From NCBI GenBank assembly GCA_049606355.1, contig JBMYVL010000001.1, positions 30,001-62,000 on the forward strand: DNA of 32,000 nucleotides, in the 5' to 3' direction. Origin of the DNA: Opitutales bacterium. Its GTDB lineage: Bacteria; Verrucomicrobiota; Verrucomicrobiia; Opitutales; Coraliomargaritaceae. Shown piece after piece: positions 9,198 through 17,443 of the stretch (position 1 is its first letter; each line of letters begins with the position of its first letter). The translations under genes and the position numbers were made by a program. The notes under the pieces are model-generated. The model was not told the origin of the DNA. It searched no databases and worked only from the letters and a program-made list of their open reading frames with translations.

Positions 9198-12100
9198 ATG
9201 CGTCCCAGTATGAAAGCTCTTATTTGTTTCGTCTCAGCCTGCCTGTTAATCGTTACCTCGCTCTACGCGAACCCATCCAATGCGTTTGAGCCGATCCATA
9301 CGGTCGATGGTATTGAAGCCTACCGCCTTAAATCGAATGGTTTAACGGTACTCTTGCTGCCCAACGAAGTTCTACCGGTTGCGGCAGTCATGGTCACCTA
9401 CAATGTCGGCGGCCGCAACGAGGTGGCAGGCACCACCGGCGCGACTCATATCTTGGAACACATGATGTTCAAGGGCACGCAAACGCGCAGCGAAGCGAAC
9501 GGCTATTCGCAGATTATGGAGCAAATCGGGGCGCGCTCGAATGCCACCACCTATTACGACCGAACCAACTATTATGCGGTGCTGCCGCGCGAGCATGTTC
9601 CGCTGGCAATCGAATTGGAAGCTGACCGGATGCGCAACCTACGGATTGAGGCTGATGATCTGCAATCGGAAATGACGGTGGTGCGCAACGAATACGAACG
9701 CGGCGAAAACAACCCCGTCCGCACATTGATTAAAGAAATGTACGCCGCCGCTTTTATGGCGCACCCCTACGGGCATCCGGTAATCGGTTGGCGTTCGGAC
9801 ATTGAAAATACCTCCACCGAAAAACTGCGCGCGTTTTACGACACCTACTATTGGCCGGAAAATGCAACGCTGACCGTCATCGGTGGTTTCGACACACTGG
9901 CCACACTCGAGGCAATCGAACACTACTATGGCGGCATCCCGCGAGCACCCCAACCGATCCCTAGCGTGGAGACCCAAGAGCCCGAGCAGCTTGGGCCTCG
10001 GCGCCTCATTATCGAACGCGCCGGTGAGGTTGGTGTGGTAGCCATTGGGTATAAAGTACCAGAAGGTATCCACAAAGATTGGGCTGCCTTGCGATTGATT
10101 GAGGAAATCCTTGGAGCCGAGCAGAGTGGTCGTTTATACCGCGCGCTCGATGATAAAGGCAAAGCCCGCGCCAGCTTCACCTTCGCCCCACAACTGCGTG
10201 ACCCCAGTCTATTTTTTATTGGCGCAGACCTGACCGCTGAGATAACTCACCAAGACGCCGAAGATAGCCTGCTTGCCACGATCGCAACCTTAGCGGAAAC
10301 AGGCACCACTGAAGCAGAACTGGCCCGCGCAAAATCGGTTCTGCGCGCGCAAATGGTTTACGGTCGGGATGGCCCTTATGCCATTGCGAGCGAAATCAAC
10401 GAATACATCGCGATGGGTGACTGGGAGAGTTATCTCACACTCCCGAAAGCCATTGAAAGCGTGACGGTGGAGACGATCCAGCGCGTGGCCGCAAGGTATT
10501 TTGTCAGCAAAAACTCGACCACCGCCTGGTACGTTCCCAGCACTTCGCAAGCTGATTCCCTGGAAAATCGCAGCCTGCCCCAAGCGAATTACTTTAGAGA
10601 TCCTGAGCTCTTCCAAAACCATTCCACAGGCAAGCAGGCAGCTTTGAAGGGAGCGGCGAAGGCAAAGGCTGAGCCATTTTTTAAACCGGATTCAACGGAT
10701 ATCGTTGATTTTACCGCACAGCTACAAACCACACATATCGGCCCGATTGAAGTCGTGACTATCGATATGCCAATCGACGGGGTGGTTTCTTTTGTCGGCA
10801 GCTTCGCAGCGGGCGAAACGCTCAGCCCCAGCACAAATCCGAGTCTGGCGACCTTGTGCGCGGCCATGCTCGACCAAGGCACGCAAACAAAGGATCGCTT
10901 CACCATCGCCGAATGGCTCGATAATCTCGGTGCATCCATGCAATTCCGCGCCGATGCGCATGCGCTTAATTTCTCCGGACGTTTCTTACGGGAAGATGCC
11001 GGCGCAGTCATTGCACTCCTCGCAGAACAACTCCGCGAGCCCGCTTTCGATCCAGACGCATTGGATGCATTCCAAAGTAGGCAACAGGCCAATCTAATGC
11101 AAGCTCGCCACAACCCAAGCTATCTGGCGGGCAGTCACCTCAGCCGAACTCTCTATCCGAAGACGCACCCGAATTATACAGAAACGATTGATGACCTACT
11201 TGCCGCGCTCGACACGACTTCGATCGCAGACATACGAGCATTTCACGCGCAGCACTATGGACCCCATTCCATGCGACTGGTATTTGCCGGCGACATTGAT
11301 TTCCAACAACTCACTGCAGCCGTTGAGAGTGCATTTGGTGATTGGCGCGGCGGTGTCGACTACATCGCCCAATATCCCCTGCCTCGCCCCACGGAGCACA
11401 CCGAGACAAGGCTGGAAGTCGCAGACAAAACCAGCGTTTCCGCGCAGCTGGCGCAGTACACAGGGTTGCGGCGCACTCATACCGATTACCTACCCTTCTC
11501 TATCGGTAATTATATTTTAGGAGGTAGCTTTCATTCCCGACTGATGACCGAAGTGCGAAAAAAGAGAGGGCTCACTTATCATATCGGAACACGCCATAGT
11601 GGTGATATTTTAACGCCGGGTCACTGGATGCTGGATGCAAGCTTTGCACCATCCATGCTTGAACAAGGAATCGAAGCGACTGATGCGGTCATCCGGCAAT
11701 GGCATACCTATGGAGTTACCAGTCAAGAAGTGGAGGCCGCCACGACGACCTTAACAGGCTCGTATCTGGTCCGATTGTCCACGACTGCTGCGGTCGCGCA
11801 GCAAGTCCATAGCTTTCTACAGCGTGGCTTACCTGCCGCTACCATCGACCACTACCCCCAACGCTTGCGAGCAATTACTGCCGAGCAGGTCAACGCTGCC
11901 ATCCGTGACTACTTTGACCCGAACAATTACGCCCTTGTTGCTGCGGGATCACTCAATCGTGGGTCGAATGCTAAACCCAACCCGCTCAACCAAACAATCC
12001 GCGTACAGGTCGACGCACCTGATGCCGGGTGGCGCATTATAATTGAACGCGTCTATCGGAAGGCCGATCAATTAATCGTAGTCTCCAAGCTCGTGCGCAG

Positions 12101-12329
12101 CGATGCACCCGCAGCACAGGTGATCAGTGCGGTGTCCGACTCAGTGGCGATCCCCACAAATGGCGAAACACTCGTAGTGAAGCACTACATCCTCGGCAAA
12201 ACATGGGACTGGGGCCATGCGGCTGATTACACCTTCATCCACTCAGTCGACGAACTCGACGGCAAGCTAAGCACTCTCGAACTGCTTTACTCCGCAGAGT
12301 CACCCACTTCCGCCTTGCCCCAATCTTAA
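9198..12329 (+). CDS. Secreted two-unit M16 (pitrilysin/insulinase) zinc peptidase with an extra C-terminal domain
   Basis: 1043 aa with a signal peptide (the start is more likely the ATG at 9210, MKALICF...). HILEHMMFKG is the inverted HxxEH zinc motif, and RNEYERGENNP carries the downstream Glu. A second, inactive M16 repeat lies at about aa 500-900. The last 113 aa are unrelated to M16. Confidence 0.85.
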   Translation: MRPSMKALICFVSACLLIVTSLYANPSNAFEPIHTVDGIEAYRLKSNGLTVLLLPNEVLPVAAVMVTYNVGGRNEVAGTTGATHILEHMMFKGTQTRSEANGYSQIMEQIGARSNATTYYDRTNYYAVLPREHVPLAIELEADRMRNLRIEADDLQSEMTVVRNEYERGENNPVRTLIKEMYAAAFMAHPYGHPVIGWRSDIENTSTEKLRAFYDTYYWPENATLTVIGGFDTLATLEAIEHYYGGIPRAPQPIPSVETQEPEQLGPRRLIIERAGEVGVVAIGYKVPEGIHKDWAALRLIEEILGAEQSGRLYRALDDKGKARASFTFAPQLRDPSLFFIGADLTAEITHQDAEDSLLATIATLAETGTTEAELARAKSVLRAQMVYGRDGPYAIASEINEYIAMGDWESYLTLPKAIESVTVETIQRVAARYFVSKNSTTAWYVPSTSQADSLENRSLPQANYFRDPELFQNHSTGKQAALKGAAKAKAEPFFKPDSTDIVDFTAQLQTTHIGPIEVVTIDMPIDGVVSFVGSFAAGETLSPSTNPSLATLCAAMLDQGTQTKDRFTIAEWLDNLGASMQFRADAHALNFSGRFLREDAGAVIALLAEQLREPAFDPDALDAFQSRQQANLMQARHNPSYLAGSHLSRTLYPKTHPNYTETIDDLLAALDTTSIADIRAFHAQHYGPHSMRLVFAGDIDFQQLTAAVESAFGDWRGGVDYIAQYPLPRPTEHTETRLEVADKTSVSAQLAQYTGLRRTHTDYLPFSIGNYILGGSFHSRLMTEVRKKRGLTYHIGTRHSGDILTPGHWMLDASFAPSMLEQGIEATDAVIRQWHTYGVTSQEVEAATTTLTGSYLVRLSTTAAVAQQVHSFLQRGLPAATIDHYPQRLRAITAEQVNAAIRDYFDPNNYALVAAGSLNRGSNAKPNPLNQTIRVQVDAPDAGWRIIIERVYRKADQLIVVSKLVRSDAPAAQVISAVSDSVAIPTNGETLVVKHYILGKTWDWGHAADYTFIHSVDELDGKLSTLELLYSAESPTSALPQS

Positions 12330-12352
12330 TTTAATCAAACGCTCCTCGAACT

Positions 12353-12802
12353 ATGCCGAAAATCGACGTCGAAACACTTAAGTTTATTCTGCAGCGCAAC
12401 GAAACCGACATCCGCAAGATTAACGAAATCATGCAGGATATCCAAATGGAGCTCCAAGCGGAGGAAGAAGAGCGGGCAAATCGTCCACCCCCGGTCAAAA
12501 AACAACTCGCGATTCTGCTAGCCGACCACGATGGCACGCTGGCCGACCAAGATATCACCGGCTGGGTCGTACAAATCCCAGAAGACGAGAGTCCGACCAC
12601 CGCACCCACTCGTATCATCAGTGCCGCTTATGAATTCAACACGACGCCGAAGGGGCGACGAATGCCCGTGCAAACGATTGGCGAGGCCTGCGAAGTGGTG
12701 ACTGCGAAACTGCTTAAGGAGCAACAGGTGTGGGTAAAGACCAAGACGCCGGTGTTAGCGGTCGCGACCAACAACGCGATCCCAACCGAATCGATTGAGT
12801 AA
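12353..12802 (+). CDS. Hypothetical protein (N-terminal charged helix plus C-terminal alpha/beta-looking domain), family not recognised
   Basis: 149-aa ORF with ATG start, 23 nt after the M16 peptidase stop on the same strand. Composition looks coding. No motif that I can name. Confidence 0.6.
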   Translation: MPKIDVETLKFILQRNETDIRKINEIMQDIQMELQAEEEERANRPPPVKKQLAILLADHDGTLADQDITGWVVQIPEDESPTTAPTRIISAAYEFNTTPKGRRMPVQTIGEACEVVTAKLLKEQQVWVKTKTPVLAVATNNAIPTESIE

Positions 12803-12819
12803 GTGGATCGGCTGCCAGC

Positions 12820-13479
12820 CTAAGCACGCTGCACCAAGACTTTTGCCGCCGCGCCCCAGCCCAGGCTCAACTGCTGCCCCGCCACCAAAAGTTGCACCGC
12901 TTCGGCACTTTTATTGCGCTCGGTAATTTCGACACGCGCGCCCGGATTGAGCCCAGACTTCGCGATATACAAGAGGAACTCCGGGTCCTGATCACTGATC
13001 CGTGCGACCTCAACTCTTTCGTCTAAGGGGCATTCCAATAAAGTCTCTAAACGATCGGCAAGCATCTCACCGCTGGCCGAAGGAATGGGATCGCCATGCG
13101 GATCCACCGTGGGATAACCCAGAAGCTTATCAATACGTTCAAGCACCCGCTCGGAAATCACATGTTCCAGTTGCTCGGCTTCTTCATGGACCTCTGACCA
13201 ATCAAAACCAAGTTGATCGACGAGAAATTGCTCAATCAAGCGGTGTCGGCGCAGTACATGCAAGGCAAGCGCACGCCCTTGAGGAGTTAAGCGTACTCCC
13301 ACCCGTGGGGCATAATCCGCAAGTCCGGCATCCGCCAATGCCTTTACCATTGTAGTCGCAGTACCGGGTACCACCTTGAGTGCCTCGGCGACACGGCCCA
13401 TCGCGACTTCCTCCTCACCAGTTGCATCCGCAACCAGGTAAATCTGCTTGATATAATCTTCGACGGTTGCGCTGGGCAT
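12820..13479 (-). CDS. DtxR/MntR-family metal-dependent transcriptional repressor with C-terminal SH3-like/FeoA domain (Mn-type ligand set)
   Basis: TVEDYIKQIY N-terminus, RRHRLIEQFL, VHEEAEQLEH metal-site block and a C-terminal FeoA-like segment. The track starts at a TTG (13551). The ATG at 13479 (MPSATVEDY...) fits the family N-terminus. Confidence 0.85.
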   Translation of the reverse strand: MPSATVEDYIKQIYLVADATGEEEVAMGRVAEALKVVPGTATTMVKALADAGLADYAPRVGVRLTPQGRALALHVLRRHRLIEQFLVDQLGFDWSEVHEEAEQLEHVISERVLERIDKLLGYPTVDPHGDPIPSASGEMLADRLETLLECPLDERVEVARISDQDPEFLLYIAKSGLNPGARVEITERNKSAEAVQLLVAGQQLSLGWGAAAKVLVQRA

Positions 13480-13599
13480 ACTTCGGAGGATCGCGACTCC
13501 TCGATGGCACGCCAAGTACTTTTTAACGCGAGTAAACAACGACGGACTCAAGCGAACTAGTCGTTTGTCAGCCGGCCAAGAATCCTTACGTTCCCCTCC

Positions 13600-14706
13600 A
13601 TGCTTAAACTACTTTCTCAAGTACTGCAGAACAGCTGGTATCTAGTTGCTGAAATGGCGCCTTATTTAATGCTCGGATTTTGTGCAGCGGCGCTCCTGCA
13701 GCTGCTGATCCGTCCCGAATGGGTGCGCAAGCAACTCGGCAATAAGACACTCGGTAGTATTATCAAAGCTGCCCTGCTCGGAGTGCCCATGCCACTGTGC
13801 TCTTGCTCGGTAATACCCGTCTCTGCATCACTACGAAAAAGTGGTGCCAGTAAAGGAGCCACGGCCTCGTTCCTCAGTTCGACGCCACAGACCGGTGTCG
13901 ATAGCATCCTCGCGACCTATGCACTGATGGGCGGGTTTTTCACATTGGTCCGCGTGTTGGTCGCTTTTATCTCAGGGCTCGCCTGTGGCCTTTTAGTGGA
14001 ACTATGCTCTAAATCGCGCAGGGCCACCGCAATCAGCAGCCCCCTAATTGGCAACCTGCAAGCCGTCCACCCCAGCGAAGCATCGGGCCATCGCGGGCGC
14101 TTGGGCCAACCCACGCTGCGCCACATCCAATCCGACTCAAAGGGTGGCTGGCGGCAGGCACTGCAACATGGGTTCATCACCTTACCGGCAGACCTCAGCC
14201 GTGCGCTCGGTATCGGCATATTGATCGCAGGGATCATCACGACCCTGATTCCTGACAGTTGGCTGAGCGAAAGCTGGGGCAGCGGATGGCTGGGTTTTCT
14301 ACTCGCGACCGCGATTAGCATGCCGCTATACATCTGCGCCACGGCATCCATTCCAATGGCCTATGCACTTCTCACTGCAGGTTTATCTCCAGGAGCCACA
14401 CTGGTTTTTCTGATCGCGGGACCGGCAACGAACACCACAACCATTGCCGCGGCGTGGAACATGCTGGGTCAAAAAGCGACACTCATTTATGCGGCCAGCC
14501 TCATCTGTGTTGCTTGGCTCTCGGGGTGGGCCTTCAACGCCAGTCTTTCACTCGATGCATCCCGTAGCAGAATACACCTACACGAAGCGACCGCACCGCT
14601 ATGGTGGCAACACCTCAGCGGCGTAGCTTTCGTTGGCTTACTGATTCTTGCATCATGGCGAGTCAAACGATCGACACCCAAGAAGTCCTGCTGTCAGCAG
14701 GCATAA
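13600..14706 (+). CDS. Polytopic permease of the DUF318/ArsP-like type with a CSCS motif (putative metal/metalloid transporter)
   Basis: 368 aa with many TM segments. GVPMPLCSCSVIP motif in the first half, a long polar central loop, and a second hydrophobic half with IPMAYAL...LIAGPATN. Divergent from the DtxR-family gene. Confidence 0.7.
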   Translation: MLKLLSQVLQNSWYLVAEMAPYLMLGFCAAALLQLLIRPEWVRKQLGNKTLGSIIKAALLGVPMPLCSCSVIPVSASLRKSGASKGATASFLSSTPQTGVDSILATYALMGGFFTLVRVLVAFISGLACGLLVELCSKSRRATAISSPLIGNLQAVHPSEASGHRGRLGQPTLRHIQSDSKGGWRQALQHGFITLPADLSRALGIGILIAGIITTLIPDSWLSESWGSGWLGFLLATAISMPLYICATASIPMAYALLTAGLSPGATLVFLIAGPATNTTTIAAAWNMLGQKATLIYAASLICVAWLSGWAFNASLSLDASRSRIHLHEATAPLWWQHLSGVAFVGLLILASWRVKRSTPKKSCCQQA

Positions 14707-14717
14707 ATTCAACCGAA

Positions 14718-14730
14718 CGACTTGAAGTCG
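14718..14730. terminator. Short palindrome CGACTTGAAGTCG between the convergent permease and fmt genes
   Basis: Perfect inverted repeat CGACTT-G-AAGTCG in the 30-nt convergent gap. No U-tract. Confidence 0.3.
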
Positions 14731-14736
14731 GGCTCG

Positions 14737-15720
14737 CTAATCCGAACCATTGACCTGTAAAGGCATCGAAGGAGTCGACGTCAAAACCGCTCCAACTGGC
14801 AGCGTGTAACCATTAAGAAAATCGCTTGCAGGTAGCATACGCCCTCCCGGGCGTTGCAATTCATGAAAACAGATCGCTCCACGCGCGGTCGCTACCGTAA
14901 CCCCCTCGGTGCAATCGAGCACGGTACCGGGTGACTCTGAGACATCGATCTGCAGCGGTTTAGCCGTACCGACCTTTATGCGCGCACCACCATGCTCAAA
15001 GAAATTGCCCGGCCACGGCGTCAGGGCCCGCAGCCGGCAGTCAATTTGTGTTGCCGACAAAAAGAAATCAATCGCCCCATCCTGCTTGGTGATTTTTCGG
15101 CAAAAAGTCGCCTGTGCATCGTCTTGCGGCACAAAATCTAAAGGTCCCGCCATAAGCTTGCTTAAATTTCGACGAAGTAGTGGTACCGAGGCCTCCCCGA
15201 TCTTCGCGCGCAAACTGACACTTGTATCCATTGAATCGATACGTACTTTTTCTGTATCGGCCACGCCACCGGCGTCCATCTTCTCCGCAATTTCCATCAG
15301 GCAAACGCCGGTTTCCGTATCACCTTGAGCCAAGGCTGTTTCAACCGGAGCGGCTCCGCGATAGTCTGGCAAGATCGAGCCGTGCAGGTTCACCATACCA
15401 TTTGGAGCCGCGTCGCGGACTGCCCGCGGCAAATAATGGCCGTAGGCCATCACCAATGATGCGATGACTTTTTCACGAATTAACCATTCAGCTAAGGCAG
15501 CATCGGGTTTCGGTGGTTGAAGCAACTCAACCGAATGCTGCGTGGCCCATGCGGCGACTGGGTTTGCTTGCTGTTTCTTACCGCGACCCTGCCTGCGGTC
15601 CGGTTGAGAAACGACGGCACGTAAGTGGCACCATTCCGATGCTTCCGTATGGAGATAGTCCAGGACCGGAAGGCAAATGGCATCCGAACCAAAAAAAACG
15701 ATATGACTCAGGGCCTTCAT
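14737..15720 (-). CDS. fmt: Methionyl-tRNA formyltransferase
   Basis: 327 aa. N-terminal formyltransferase domain (IVFFGSD, VVSQPDRRQGRGKK, NLHGSLLP-type NLHGSILPDYRGAAP) plus a C-terminal Fmt domain. Confidence 0.9.
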   Translation of the reverse strand: MKALSHIVFFGSDAICLPVLDYLHTEASEWCHLRAVVSQPDRRQGRGKKQQANPVAAWATQHSVELLQPPKPDAALAEWLIREKVIASLVMAYGHYLPRAVRDAAPNGMVNLHGSILPDYRGAAPVETALAQGDTETGVCLMEIAEKMDAGGVADTEKVRIDSMDTSVSLRAKIGEASVPLLRRNLSKLMAGPLDFVPQDDAQATFCRKITKQDGAIDFFLSATQIDCRLRALTPWPGNFFEHGGARIKVGTAKPLQIDVSESPGTVLDCTEGVTVATARGAICFHELQRPGGRMLPASDFLNGYTLPVGAVLTSTPSMPLQVNGSD

Positions 15721-15820
15721 GATTTCTCTAGCAAAGATCTGTGTAACTCAGGTGATTTGGCAAAGCAATTGAATCATGAATTGACGCCGCTACAGACCTA
15801 GATGAGCGGCTGCAATTCGA

Positions 15821-16489
15821 TCAGAGCGACTCAAAGAGTTGTTGCTGCTCAAAATTTGCACGATCGGTCGCCGAGGCAGCACTTTGCAGGAGCATCCATG
15901 GGAGGCTGATTTCATTCAGCTCGGGCTCCGAATAGAGGCGAACCAGTAGCAATGCTGACGCCAGAGCATCATAGAGCGCACAGTGAAAGCGCTGCCGACC
16001 TGCCGGACAGTAACGTTCTGCCTGGCGATCCAATTCGGGTTGCAAGTCGAAGAAACGGATAAGGTCTTCCAACTTATGGCTATCGATCTGCGGATAAATG
16101 CGACGGTAGAGATAAAGCGTATCCAACCAGGGACCCCACGTAGCGACAGGAGCAGCCGAATTGGCAAAGTTGGGAGATTCACGCGGACAGCTCCACACAC
16201 TGCACAGCAAACCATCTTCAACCGCGGCATTATGCGCACAGAGCGGTCCACTTTGTCGCAAGGCCGCGAAACGTTCCCACTCATTGGTAAAACTCTGTTG
16301 TTTCGCTGCGGATGCCTCACTAATACCGTGTTGGCGCTGATCCACATCCGAGATGCTCCCCTCCGGAGCGCAAATACGCGTCGCCGTTGACTCAATCACT
16401 GCGCCCACCACGGTCACCACACCATACTCGACGATACCACTACTACGAGTGCCTTCAAAATCAATGACGTGAATCGGGGTGTGGTGCAT
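15821..16489 (-). CDS. DEDDh-type 3'-5' exonuclease (DnaQ/epsilon-like, stand-alone)
   Basis: ExoI VIDFEGT, ExoII-like AHNAAVEDGLL, ExoIII HCALYDALA (H-x4-D). 222 aa. Confidence 0.75.
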   Translation of the reverse strand: MHHTPIHVIDFEGTRSSGIVEYGVVTVVGAVIESTATRICAPEGSISDVDQRQHGISEASAAKQQSFTNEWERFAALRQSGPLCAHNAAVEDGLLCSVWSCPRESPNFANSAAPVATWGPWLDTLYLYRRIYPQIDSHKLEDLIRFFDLQPELDRQAERYCPAGRQRFHCALYDALASALLLVRLYSEPELNEISLPWMLLQSAASATDRANFEQQQLFESL

Positions 16490-16639
16490 CGGCTACCCAT
16501 CGGAAGTTAGACAGAATTTGTACGCCGCAAAGCATATTTTCAATTTCATCCGCGCAGAGACTGGATCTGTGGAATTCTCAGTTGCCAGCACGCGCATCCA
16601 TCCACAACTTGCGCGTTTAAGTTTTTCCCGCTCACGATT

Positions 16640-17431
16640 ATGGCCGCACTTAGCAACGAACTCAAAAACGAATTCAAAACATTCATTGCTCACCTCTGTG
16701 AGGAAGCAGCGAAAGAGATCTTACCACACTATGGTCCGGACGTAGCGATTGAGCGCAAATCAGATGCGACACCGGTAACCATTGCCGATCGAAATGCCGA
16801 GAAGCGCATCCGTGAACTCATCCAAGAACGCTATCCCGAGCACGGCATCATCGGCGAAGAGTATGGGCGCGAACGTGACGACGCGGAATTTGTATGGGTT
16901 TTGGACCCAGTGGATGGCACCAAATCATTCATCTCCGGAGTTCCTTTATTTGCTACCCTGATCGCGCTCCTCCACAAGGGCCGCCCAGTGATTGGCGCGA
17001 TCAATCAACCGGTCCTTCAACAGATGGTCATCGGTGATAGCGAAGTCACCACACTAAATGGAAAACCGGTCAACGGACGAGCACCCTGCACCCTGGCAGA
17101 AGCCACCCTGTGTACCACCGACCCGATCCGCCCCAGCTTATGGCAGAACAACGCACAGTGGGAACGCTTGCCTCCATTGACGGCACTCTATCGCTCATGG
17201 GGTGATGCCGGTGGCTATATCTTACTCTGCTCCGGTTTCATTGACATTATGTGCGATCCTTTAATGGAGATCTGGGATTGCGCTGCCATCATCCCCTGTT
17301 TGCAAGGTGCCGGGTTTAAAGTAACCGGTTGGAATGGTGGCGATGCCTTTGAGGAGCGCTGTATCATTGCCGCTAAAGGACCCCTGCATGCAGAAGTCAT
17401 GGCGGCCATCTACCCGGAGCATCAGGAATAA
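16640..17431 (+). CDS. Inositol-monophosphatase-family phosphatase, possibly histidinol-phosphatase (HisN-type)
   Basis: KSDATPVTIADRNAE, IIGEEYG, WVLDPVDGTKSF, WDCAA. The overall pattern resembles HisN-type members. The specific substrate is inference. Confidence 0.75.
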   Translation: MAALSNELKNEFKTFIAHLCEEAAKEILPHYGPDVAIERKSDATPVTIADRNAEKRIRELIQERYPEHGIIGEEYGRERDDAEFVWVLDPVDGTKSFISGVPLFATLIALLHKGRPVIGAINQPVLQQMVIGDSEVTTLNGKPVNGRAPCTLAEATLCTTDPIRPSLWQNNAQWERLPPLTALYRSWGDAGGYILLCSGFIDIMCDPLMEIWDCAAIIPCLQGAGFKVTGWNGGDAFEERCIIAAKGPLHAEVMAAIYPEHQE

Positions 17432-17443
17432 GAGTTGTAGGCC

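Noticed and set aside
13480-13599. Search for a DtxR/MntR-type palindromic operator in the regulator-permease intergenic region
   Set aside because: Only short, imperfect inverted repeats are present (for example ACAACGAC...GTCGTTTGT and GACT-N10-AGTC). None resembles known DtxR/MntR boxes well enough to annotate.
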